64,000 nucleotides of DNA from a virus (Duplodnaviria; Caudoviricetes). Each line of letters starts with the position of its first letter. Position 1 is the first letter of the stretch. The notes under the pieces were generated by a model. It did not search any database and was not told the DNA's origin. It was given only the letters and a program-made list of their open reading frames with translations. The stretch lies in the IMG/VR virus record IMGVR_UViG_3300044641_005618; one strand, written 5' to 3'. Of the stretch, positions 55,107 to 61,981 are shown piece by piece. A program made the position numbers and the translations under genes.

Positions 55107-55307
55107 TCAACCCAGGAGGACAAAAACGGAGTTTTGAATCACGTCCGTACCCAAATAGGTCGGACCCTCATCAGTAACAAAGTTGAAGAACTTAAGATCT
55201 TTCATCTTCGTAGTCAACGTCTCTTCGAGACAGTGTCTTTTGAGGTCCGTTATGTGAAGCTCTACAGAGAGGAAAGTACCCATAGGGGTGATTGCTTTGA
55301 TTTTCAT
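55107..55307 (-). CDS. Hypothetical protein
   Basis: ORF track. Confidence 0.55.
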   Translation of the reverse strand: MKIKAITPMGTFLSVELHITDLKRHCLEETLTTKMKDLKFFNFVTDEGPTYLGTDVIQNSVFVLLG

Positions 55308-55341
55308 CGTTGGCTCTAAGGGTCAAGGGGTGGGTGGGGTG

Positions 55342-55507
55342 TTAACCCACGGGTTCAGCTTCGCGTCCTGACTCGATCCCTGCGTCCAGGAGAGCTGAGA
55401 CAAGGGATAGGAATCTAGCCTGAATTAAGGGGTCTGGGTCAACGTGATCTGCGGCAAACCGCCAGACACGGTCGGTCAGACTAAGGTTTTGGTTCAGGGG
55501 GGTCCAT
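55342..55507 (-). pseudogene. Gene out of frame at a C6 run just after its ATG
   Basis: ATG GAC CCC C CTG AAC gives MDPLNQNLSLTDRVWRFAADHV..; span 166 = 3n+1; directly below promoter. Confidence 0.65.
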
Positions 55508-55530
55508 GGTGCTTTGGTTCCAACCTAACT

Positions 55531-55596
55531 ACTATAGCGTTTCTGTCCCGCAGAAACAAGGGTGGAAACCGTCGGTGCAAGGGCGGTAAACCGCCC
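55531..55596 (-). promoter_or_regulatory. Composite promoter copy with two upstream boxes
   Basis: Boxes at 55564 and 55586. Confidence 0.85.
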
Positions 55597-55622
55597 TAGG
55601 GCGATTTGGTTAACCTTGCTAT

Positions 55623-56201
55623 CTAAGGGTTAGGGCAACGAGTTTGAAAACACCCGTAGTAGGCTCGTCCGTAGCACCCGAACTCGGACAGATTGGCGGT
55701 GCAACCTAGCTGGCCTATCCACTCATTCAGAGAAACTTCGGTGAGTTTGTGAGGGTGGCCTTCGTGGGCCGGGACGTCTACCCATTCGAAAATTCGGAAA
55801 ATCGGTGCGGCTCTCAGGGCGTTACGAATGATCTTTGCAGGGTCTACGGTGTGCTGGAGGCAATTGTACATCCATACCTCGTCCCACCCTTCCTCTTCAA
55901 TGTCTTCCCCCAGCGAAACCGAAACCGAGATGTTTTTAGTCTCGTACCGGTCAACGGTCCATTGGGGGTAGGCAATCGGGTCTACAACTTTTCCTTCAGA
56001 TAGGTTTACAGCTTTTAGGAGAAGACTACTCGGGCCACCCCCAATATCAAGGACTCTCTTTCCGGCCACGTCAAAACCGTAGTGAGTCTGACGCAATCCC
56101 ATTAGTCTCCCGTAGACAAACTGCTTCGTTTCTTCGTCGTAAGTATTGCAACAGTCGCCCCAATAGGCTTTTTCAAACTCATAGTCTTCGTCGTGACTCA
56201 T
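55623..56201 (-). CDS. Class I SAM-dependent methyltransferase
   Basis: RVLDIGGGP motif I; WDEVWMYNCLQH. Confidence 0.8.
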   Translation of the reverse strand: MSHDEDYEFEKAYWGDCCNTYDEETKQFVYGRLMGLRQTHYGFDVAGKRVLDIGGGPSSLLLKAVNLSEGKVVDPIAYPQWTVDRYETKNISVSVSLGEDIEEEGWDEVWMYNCLQHTVDPAKIIRNALRAAPIFRIFEWVDVPAHEGHPHKLTEVSLNEWIGQLGCTANLSEFGCYGRAYYGCFQTRCPNP

Positions 56202-56246
56202 TTTAGAGTACCGTGGTTTACGGGGGGGTTTGCGCTAGCAAAACAA

Positions 56247-56329
56247 TGGGTGTGGTAAGGATTCGAACCTACGTGTGCATAACAAACCGGGTTACAGCCG
56301 GTTCCCTTCGACCGCTCGGGCACACACCC
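56247..56329 (-). tRNA. tRNA-Tyr(GTA)
   Basis: Class II cloverleaf; loop CTGTAAC. Confidence 0.92.
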
Positions 56330-56362
56330 TTTTACTTTGAGCTGTGACTCAAAGGTTGTACA

Positions 56363-56411
56363 AGATGATTGTTTTTCTACCAAAAAGAAATTGTGAATCG
56401 CTGAATCATCT
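56363..56411 (-). repeat. 49-bp hairpin repeat, copy 1 of 3
   Basis: AGATGATT-CAGCGATTCACAA-TTTCT-TTTTGGT-AGAAA-AAC-AATCATCT. Confidence 0.9.
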
Positions 56412-56433
56412 TAGTTTTGCATTCGCAAAACAG

Positions 56434-56505
56434 TCCGAGAGGGGAATTTCGAAATCCCGACTTCTGGTTCCCAAAACCAGTGCTCTTCCTCTGAGCTACC
56501 CCCGG
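56434..56505 (-). tRNA. tRNA-Pro(TGG)
   Basis: Loop TTTGGGA; T-stem mismatch. Confidence 0.85.
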
Positions 56506-56565
56506 TTAGAGCCGTTTCGTCTTATATAGACCCGGACGGACAGACCGGGTGGGGTATTCCCCGAG

Positions 56566-56638
56566 TGGAACCATGGGGTTACGATCCCCATACCCCCTGC
56601 TTGCAAAACAGGTGCTCTACCAATTGAGCTATGGCCCC
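56566..56638 (-). tRNA. tRNA-Ala(TGC)
   Basis: G3.U70; atypical T-loop ATCGTAA. Confidence 0.88.
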
Positions 56639-56812
56639 TTGCGCTAAGCGTGTAACTTAGGTGTTTTACCCTACTAGGGGCAAATTGCTCTACCAGTTGC
56701 AAGTTTGTTAGTTTCCCTATGCTAAATCCAACTACTTTCAAGATCGGTGAATTTAGGGATTTTCGTCACTTGCTCGGCGAACCCAACCGCATAGGGCCCA
56801 TTGCGGTTGGTA

Positions 56813-56884
56813 TCGGAATGGCCGGGATCGAACCGACGACTTCTCGCCCCCCAGACGAGCGCTCTCCCTCTGAGCTACATTCCG
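56813..56884 (-). tRNA. tRNA-Pro(GGG)
   Basis: Loop CTGGGGG. Confidence 0.9.
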
Positions 56885-57003
56885 TTATAGACCGTTTACC
56901 CGCCACGGTCAAGGAGATTGACTTAACTCTTCAGTTAAAACTGTGAGCAGTGTCGGCACCACTTTCTAAGTCAGTTCCGAAGCTTGTAACCGTGGGTTAA
57001 ACA

Positions 57004-57053
57004 AGATGATTGTTTTTCTACCAAAAAGAAATTTGTGAATCGCTGAATCATCT
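57004..57053 (-). repeat. Hairpin repeat, copy 2 of 3 (one extra base)
   Basis: Matches 56363-56411. Confidence 0.9.
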
Positions 57054-57092
57054 TCGAAAATGCTATCGCATTTCTACCCTGTGAAGGGAAGA

Positions 57093-57164
57093 TCGGAAAT
57101 CTCGGCATCGAACCGAGTACTCACGGGCTTCAACCGTGCGCTTTACCCTTCAAGCTCATTTCCG
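57093..57164 (-). tRNA. tRNA-Phe(GAA)
   Basis: Loop TTGAAGC. Confidence 0.85.
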
Positions 57165-57223
57165 TTGTGACCAAGGTTCGTGCCCTGGAAAGTTGTTACC
57201 CTTGAGGGAACCCCGAAGGCAAA

Positions 57224-57294
57224 CTGGGCGCACGGGACTCGAACCCGCAACCTTCCCCATCTCAGAGGACGCTCTGCCATTGAGCTAGCACCCA
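57224..57294 (-). tRNA. Atypical tRNA, anticodon GAG (Leu) on a class I body
   Basis: 4-bp anticodon stem, loop CTGAGAT, 5-nt variable loop, U1-A72, G73. Confidence 0.6.
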
Positions 57295-57423
57295 AAACTC
57301 CCTAGCACAGTATCTGCAAATACCATTTTAAGGAGGGTTTACGCGATTGCAGTCGCTTAACCTAAGGAATCACACCTTTGTTACCATCAGTATCCCATGG
57401 CTTTGGGTTTTGCGTTAGCAAAA

Positions 57424-57495
57424 CGGTTCCAAGGGGATTCGAACCCCTGCTTCCTCTTAGACAGAGAGGTGTGTTAGCCGCTACACTATGAAACC
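57424..57495 (-). tRNA. tRNA-Asp(GTC)
   Basis: Loop CTGTCTA; G73. Confidence 0.9.
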
Positions 57496-57693
57496 TTTCG
57501 CCTTGGGTTTTCACCAAGGTCTTTCACCCCCTAAGGGGCTGCCAGGAAACCACTCCTGGACTTTTGCTGGGCTATAGCAAACACCTCGCCCACAGTGAGT
57601 TATCGGCTCATGTCAGGTTTCTCACTAACCTTGCACCCCGCTCTTTTTCGTACACGGGGTGTCCCTTAAACAGGGCACGCTGTATCTTTCTGG

Positions 57694-58443
57694 TCAGGGG
57701 GCCAACAGTGCCTTAGTAGAAAGCTTCCTGGAGTAAGGGGGTTCCCCCTTCCAGTGCTTTTTAAATACTCTTTTAACCTGAGTATGGGAAACTCCCCAAA
57801 GGTTAGATACCTTTTGTACCCAACCATACTTACTTAGGTCTATCCCGGCAGTTTTGACTTTTTCAAATCTTTCCTTTATAGTTTCATCGGACAGTCTGTG
57901 AGAACTATTAAGGGACCTCATTTTGTCTCTAAACTCAGGGTCTTTCCACTTTTCTGTCATTGTGTTGGACATCCTTTCCCTTTCGGCCCCGCAAGCGTAT
58001 CTCTTTAAATTAGCTTCAGACGCTCTTTTAAGCATGAATTCTTTATACTCCGGGTTTTGCCACTGGAGTTTTCTGGCTTTAGAAAGCATGGCTCTGTGTT
58101 TTTCGTCGGACCACCATAGTTTATTTAGCCTCTTCATGGTGTTAGATCTAACTGCCAAAGAAGTTACTGATCCGCAATTCTCGTTCAAGCATAGGGGATC
58201 GTTCAGGTGAGGAGAAATTAGCTCTTGCTCCCGCATATTGGCTGTTTTCCAACCCTTTTCAGAGTTGTCGAAAGTTTCTAGAATCTCTTTTATAGGCGTA
58301 TGAAGTTTCCAAAATTCCTTGTGAGTACATGGAGAACCCATATAGTACTCGTCAAATTTTTTCTCTTTATGTATACCCAAATACCATTCGGGTCTACCTT
58401 CAAAAGTTATCCGGTATAAATAGATCCGTGGCTCCATCTTCAA
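57694..58443 (-). mobile_element. Free-standing GIY-YIG (Seg-like) homing endonuclease gene in the tRNA cluster
   Basis: RIYLYRITF..WYLGIH..YMGS, REQEL, CLN: Seg-type GIY-YIG pattern. Confidence 0.75.
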
Positions 58444-58464
58444 AGCGCAATGCTAAGAAGTTTT

Positions 58465-58526
58465 ACCCGGACTACACCCGATGAGATACTTGAACTCTCG
58501 AGTCTGGTACACCAAGCTACCAGGGC
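58465..58526 (-). ncRNA. Candidate tRNA-elbow mimic (D-loop-like hairpin plus T-arm)
   Basis: CTGGTA-GCTTGGTG-TACCAG then GAGAG-TTCAAGT-ATCTC; occupies a tRNA slot in the operon. Confidence 0.35.
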
Positions 58527-58554
58527 ATTGTTTAAAGTTCTCGTTAAGAGAACA

Positions 58555-58636
58555 TACCGACCGAGAGACTCGAACTCTCACTCCTTTCGGAACCTGATTT
58601 TGAGTCAGGCGCGACTACCAATTCCGCCAGGCCGGC
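58555..58636 (-). tRNA. tRNA-Leu(CAA)
   Basis: Class II; loop CTCAAAA. Confidence 0.93.
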
Positions 58637-58757
58637 AATGTTTAAATTTTCAAGTTGCCCCCCCGCAAGAGCGGAAGCGAGGCGGAAGCCGAGCTTCCCA
58701 ACCACTCCTTTAGTATAACCGGTTTCTCCGTGGGGCGAAAGGGCGGTTTACCGTCCC
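58637..58757 (-). promoter_or_regulatory. tRNA operon promoter plus conserved leader with boxA-like GCAACTTGAAAA
   Basis: Leader similar to 60878-61005 and 62823-62941. Confidence 0.7.
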
Positions 58758-58771
58758 TTTGCTGGGGGCCT

Positions 58772-58966
58772 TCAGGTTAATACGGTGTCCCACACCGCCC
58801 CCGTAACTGCATCGACAATGTAAATGTCCTCACCAGTTGAGCGGGAAATGTCGCGAGCTGCGTTTATTGCCTCGCCGTAGCTTGGGTAGCTTTCACCCCC
58901 AACAGAATCCCCGGTCACGGCTTTCTTGAGATAAAAGGTCATTAGTTTGTTCCGGCTACAGTGCAA
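58772..58966 (-). CDS. Hypothetical protein
   Basis: ORF track; real start likely ATG near 58942. Confidence 0.5.
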   Translation of the reverse strand: MHCSRNKLMTFYLKKAVTGDSVGGESYPSYGEAINAARDISRSTGEDIYIVDAVTGAVWDTVLT

Positions 58967-59010
58967 TCATAGCGCCTTTCCTCGGAAAGGGAAAGGGCGG
59001 TTTACCGCCC
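58966..59010 (-). promoter_or_regulatory. Composite promoter copy
   Basis: ctttcc-tc-ggaaag dyad; gggcggtttaccgccc. Confidence 0.7.
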
Positions 59011-59211
59011 GTTTTCAGAAGGAAGCTTGTTACTACCGTCAAGAACTTTGAGTGCAAAGACCTCGGCAAGGGAATATTCATCAAGTCCGGATCGAACGAG
59101 GAAGCTTTTCCGGATCAACTGCTCGACAACCTCTTTAATGAAGGGTGTGTTGTAGTAGATCCCGTCTATGTTGACGGCTTTGTACGAGTGCCAAGATGGG
59201 CTGTTTTCCAT
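59002..59211 (-). CDS. Hypothetical protein
   Basis: ATG below promoter at 59218. Confidence 0.55.
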   Translation of the reverse strand: MENSPSWHSYKAVNIDGIYYNTPFIKEVVEQLIRKSFLVRSGLDEYSLAEVFALKVLDGSNKLPSENGR

Positions 59212-59217
59212 AAGGTA

Positions 59218-59260
59218 TGCATAGCGTTTTGCGAGGCAGACACAGGGGTCTAAACCGTCC
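59218..59260 (-). promoter_or_regulatory. Degenerate composite promoter copy
   Basis: plus: gcatagcgttttgcgaggcagacacaggggtctaaaccgtcc. Confidence 0.6.
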
Positions 59261-59277
59261 TTTTTCCGTGCAAACTA

Positions 59278-59348
59278 CACCGGAGAGAGGAATCGAACCC
59301 CCGTTTTCTGGTTTGGAAGCAGTAGTCTTACCACTAGACGACTCCGGC
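59278..59348 (-). tRNA. tRNA-Trp(CCA), weak anticodon stem
   Basis: Loop TTCCAAA; A.A and C.C mismatches; G73. Confidence 0.7.
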
Positions 59349-59379
59349 ATTTTACTTAAGTTTTCTCGTGAGAGAAAAG

Positions 59380-59461
59380 AGCGGGTAACAGGATTTGAAC
59401 CTGCGTGAACTATTCGCCTCTTGTTTGGAAAACAAGTGCTCTACCGCTGAGCTATACCCGC
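59380..59461 (-). tRNA. tRNA-Gly(TCC) with long variable arm
   Basis: GCGGGTA/TACCCGC-U73; loop TTTCCAA; 15-nt extra arm AGGCGAATAGTTCAC. Confidence 0.8.
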
Positions 59462-59492
59462 ATTTTACTTGAGTTTTCTCGTGAGAGAAAAG

Positions 59493-59565
59493 AGCTGTCG
59501 ACGTGACTCGAACACGCGACTTTCTACTTGGAAGGAAGACACTCTACCGACTGAGTTACGACCGC
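59493..59565 (-). tRNA. tRNA-Gly(TCC)
   Basis: Loop CTTCCAA; G3.A70 mismatch. Confidence 0.8.
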
Positions 59566-59600
59566 ATTTTGCTTTAGTGTAATTTCGCGTAAGCGAAAAG

Positions 59601-59673
59601 GGTGATAGACGGGACTCGAACCCGCTAATTACTGGTTCACAACCAGTTGCCTAGCCCTTTGGCTTCTACCACC
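59601..59673 (-). tRNA. tRNA-His(GTG)
   Basis: Encoded G-1 and C73; loop TTGTGAA. Confidence 0.92.
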
Positions 59674-59704
59674 ATTGTAGGGGAGTTTCTGACTAATTTA
59701 AGCT

Positions 59705-59753
59705 AGATGATTGTTTTTCTACCAAAAAGAAATTGTGAATCGCTGAATCATCT
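59705..59753 (-). repeat. 49-bp hairpin repeat, copy 3 of 3
   Basis: Identical to 56363-56411. Confidence 0.9.
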
Positions 59754-59775
59754 AAGTTTTGCAAAAGCAAAACAA

Positions 59776-59849
59776 TGGCGGACCGGGGAATTGAACCCCT
59801 GTTCCTCTGGGTTATGGGCCCAGCGTGACTACCGTGACACTCGTCCGCG
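59776..59849 (-). tRNA. Initiator-type tRNA-fMet(CAT)
   Basis: 1:72 mismatch (C.C), three G-C pairs in anticodon stem, loop CCCATAA. Confidence 0.8.
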
Positions 59850-59899
59850 TTACACCTTTACTATAGCGTTTAAGCTAGGAGTAAACTTCTCAAGGCAAG

Positions 59900-59970
59900 T
59901 TCCTAAGATAGGATTCGAACCTATATAATCTCCTTCAAAGGGAGGTGTCCTTCCGTTAGACGACTCAGGA
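59900..59970 (-). tRNA. tRNA-Gln(TTG)
   Basis: U1-A72; loop CTTTGAA. Confidence 0.85.
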
Positions 59971-60045
59971 TCGGCTGCCTTAAGTAGGGAGGCTATTATA
60001 GCCCCCTAAGATGAAAGTAAACTCTTGGCTAAGGTAGCAAGGAAA

Positions 60046-60164
60046 GGAGCAAGGTTGGACTTGAACCAACGGCTTGCTTTGCCCTCCAGCGTTACGGTCC
60101 TTTACCGAGGCTTTCCTTAGAAAGCCTGAGGAGGTTGCCGCTCTACCAACTGAGCTACTTGCTC
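60046..60164 (-). ncRNA. tRNA-framed RNA A (119 nt, 69-nt multi-hairpin in place of anticodon arm)
   Basis: Acceptor GAGCAAG/CTTGCTC, canonical D-arm, T-arm GTTGG-TTCAAGT-CCAAC. Confidence 0.75.
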
Positions 60165-60214
60165 TTTGCACCCTGAATTAAGTCAAGGAGCTAGAGTTCT
60201 CCGTAAAGAGAACA

Positions 60215-60296
60215 TACCCGCCGGGAGACTCGAACTCCCACGCCTTTCGGCACTAGTTCCTAAAACTAGCGTATATACCAATTTCACCAGGCGGGC
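60215..60296 (-). tRNA. tRNA-Leu(TAG)
   Basis: Class II; loop TTTAGGA. Confidence 0.93.
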
Positions 60297-60324
60297 TTGA
60301 CTGTGATCCCTATTTAAGGGAAAG

Positions 60325-60396
60325 AGCGAATGAAGGGATTTGAACCCTCGACATTCTCGTTGGCAACGAGGTACTCTACCGCTGAGTTACATTCGC
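60325..60396 (-). tRNA. tRNA-Gly(GCC)
   Basis: Loop TTGCCAA; U73. Confidence 0.93.
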
Positions 60397-60441
60397 ACTT
60401 CAACCACAGTGGGGTGAACAGATTGCCCACAGTGGGGCAAA

Positions 60442-60529
60442 CGGAGAGAACAGGAATCGAACCTGCGCAGGGGGTCTCCCCCCTGTAACCGTTTTCAAGA
60501 CGGTCTCCTCGTCCAGCCGGACTCTCTCC
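60442..60529 (-). tRNA. tRNA-Ser(TGA)
   Basis: Class II; loop CTTGAAA. Confidence 0.92.
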
Positions 60530-60579
60530 AATTACCATAACACGGTAAGTTTGTAGCTAGAAAACCGAAAGGTTTTCAA

Positions 60580-60738
60580 TGGGATATGTTGGAATCGAAC
60601 CAACGCTCTCTCAACTGATCAGGTTGTGAGCGTGCTGTTACAAAGGCGAAGGTCGGGGATCAATCCGCCATTAGACACTCGTACTGAAGCACTCACCTGG
60701 GTAATGTGCCCAGGGCTCTACCGCTGAGCTAATTTCCC
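60580..60738 (-). ncRNA. tRNA-framed RNA B (159 nt, CAT-loop hairpin plus about 90-nt variable domain)
   Basis: Acceptor GGGAAAT/ATATCCC, D-arm, CCTGGG-CACATTA-CCCAGG, T-arm GTTGG-TTCGATT-CCAAC. Confidence 0.75.
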
Positions 60739-60805
60739 GTTAACTCTGTTGACCGGAATTGAATCGGTCCCTGAACGTGCTGCCGTTTTTCTGCAAAGCA
60801 GAAAA

Positions 60806-60877
60806 TGGGGCATCTCGGATTCGAACCGAGGACTGACCGGTTAAAAGCCGGATACTCTACCGCTGAGTTAATGCCCC
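60806..60877 (-). tRNA. tRNA-Lys(TTT)
   Basis: Loop CTTTTAA. Confidence 0.93.
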
Positions 60878-61005
60878 CCGTATTAAATTTTCAAGTTGCC
60901 TTTTGCTTTCGCAAAAGCGGGGAGGAGGTGAGGGCGAAGCCCTCTCTCAACCACCCTTTTAGTATAGGGTTTCTGCGGGGCAGAAACAAGGACGGGAAAC
61001 CGCCG
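60878..61005 (-). promoter_or_regulatory. tRNA operon promoter plus boxA-like leader
   Basis: TTGTTT-17-TATACT with dyad; GCAACTTGAAAA at 60899-60888. Confidence 0.75.
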
Positions 61006-61007
61006 TA

Positions 61008-61232
61008 TCAAAGGGTGAACTCAAATACAACCTTGCGAACAAAGAAATCGTCAAGGTGCCCGTTGCCGTACATCCTGACGCAGTCCTGCAGCTTCGCAAG
61101 AATCTCGTCGTGGGTGGGAGCGGATGCCCCCTCTTCCAGAAGCTCGGTGAGTTCTCCAGCGATGGATACACAAAGCTCGTTCTCTTTGCGAACACTCAAC
61201 CCTTTAAGGGTGCCGAAAGTTGCTTGAGCCAT
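61008..61232 (-). CDS. Hypothetical protein
   Basis: ATG 61232 follows promoter at 61264. Confidence 0.55.
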   Translation of the reverse strand: MAQATFGTLKGLSVRKENELCVSIAGELTELLEEGASAPTHDEILAKLQDCVRMYGNGHLDDFFVRKVVFEFTL

Positions 61233-61263
61233 TTTGATTTGGAGGACCAACGGTAACAATTTA

Positions 61264-61326
61264 AGTTTAGCCGGTTTCACCGTGAAGCGAAAGGGCGGGA
61301 AACCGCCCCGGTTCGTTCGGTTAACC
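61264..61326 (-). promoter_or_regulatory. Composite promoter copy with two upstream boxes
   Basis: minus TTTCGC-17 nt-TAAACT; TTCAC-G-GTGAA dyad. Confidence 0.7.
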
Positions 61327-61344
61327 GAGCGAATCACGGAGCAA

Positions 61345-61415
61345 AGCCCAACCAGGGAATCGAACCCTGCTCTGCAGTTTACAAAACTGCTGCATCACCA
61401 CAATGCTTGAAGGGC
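61345..61415 (-). tRNA. tRNA-Thr(TGT)
   Basis: Loop TTTGTAA. Confidence 0.88.
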
Positions 61416-61445
61416 ATTTTCCTTGTAGTTCTCGGGGGAGAACAA

Positions 61446-61534
61446 CGGAAGATGTGAGATTCGAACTCACGGAGCTGCTTGCGCAGCTCAACTGTTTAGC
61501 AAACAGTCGCCTTCAGCCACTCGGCCAATCTTCC
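61446..61534 (-). tRNA. tRNA-Ser(GCT)
   Basis: Class II; loop TTGCTAA. Confidence 0.93.
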
Positions 61535-61554
61535 AAAATTTCTCGTTGGAGAAA

Positions 61555-61627
61555 TTGCCCCAACCGGATTCGAACCGGTATTTCCACCTTGAGAAGGTAG
61601 CGACCTAAGCCATTAGTCGATGAGGCC
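61555..61627 (-). tRNA. tRNA-Glu(CTC)
   Basis: Loop TTCTCAA. Confidence 0.85.
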
Positions 61628-61664
61628 GTTTTCTGCGAAAAACAGAGAGTTTGCTTAAGCAAAG

Positions 61665-61737
61665 TAGGAATGACAGGATTCGAACCTGTGTATCTCGGTA
61701 ATCGGCCGAAGGTATTAGACCACTATACGACATTCCC
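61665..61737 (-). tRNA. Atypical tRNA, anticodon GAT (Ile) on a Glu/Asp-like body
   Basis: Loop CCGATTA (C33, U37); 4-nt variable loop. Confidence 0.6.
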
Positions 61738-61798
61738 AGAAAACGAGCAGTTACGTATGATGCTCAGCACAGGTTTCCCAGCAAAAGGGCTGAGAGGA

Positions 61799-61870
61799 TG
61801 GGAGCACTCGGGAACGATCCGAGGGCCTTTTCCGTGTCGAAGAAACGCTCTACCACTGAGCTATGCTCCC
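61799..61870 (-). tRNA. tRNA-Val(GAC)
   Basis: Loop TCGACAC (C33); T-loop ATCGTTC. Confidence 0.8.
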
Positions 61871-61981
61871 AACCGGAGCAGTCACGCTCCGTACCTAGTT
61901 TCCTATAATTGCCTACTCGTGTCATCGCGGAAGTTGACGAAACTTCTAGAACTTTCGGCTCAAGTGGTGTTAGGCACCAGA

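Noticed and set aside
56885-57000. Hammerhead ribozyme (CTGAAGA and GAAA present)
   Set aside because: Stem I cannot form without consuming the CUGA core, position 17 would be G, and the G10.1-C11.1 pair is missing.
57530-58526. Group I intron around the GIY-YIG ORF (GTGTAGTCC and AAGATACAG look like S elements)
   Set aside because: No matching P7 partner in the right order and no exons that rejoin into a gene. Kept only as an unexplained structured RNA.
56363-59753. 49-bp repeats or the promoter repeats as a CRISPR array
   Set aside because: Copies are hundreds to thousands of bases apart, there are no regular unique spacers, and no cas genes are present.
60742-60785. Additional tRNA (GACCG-ATTCAAT-TCCGGTC resembles a T-arm)
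   Set aside because: No D-arm, anticodon arm or matching acceptor stem; at most a remnant.
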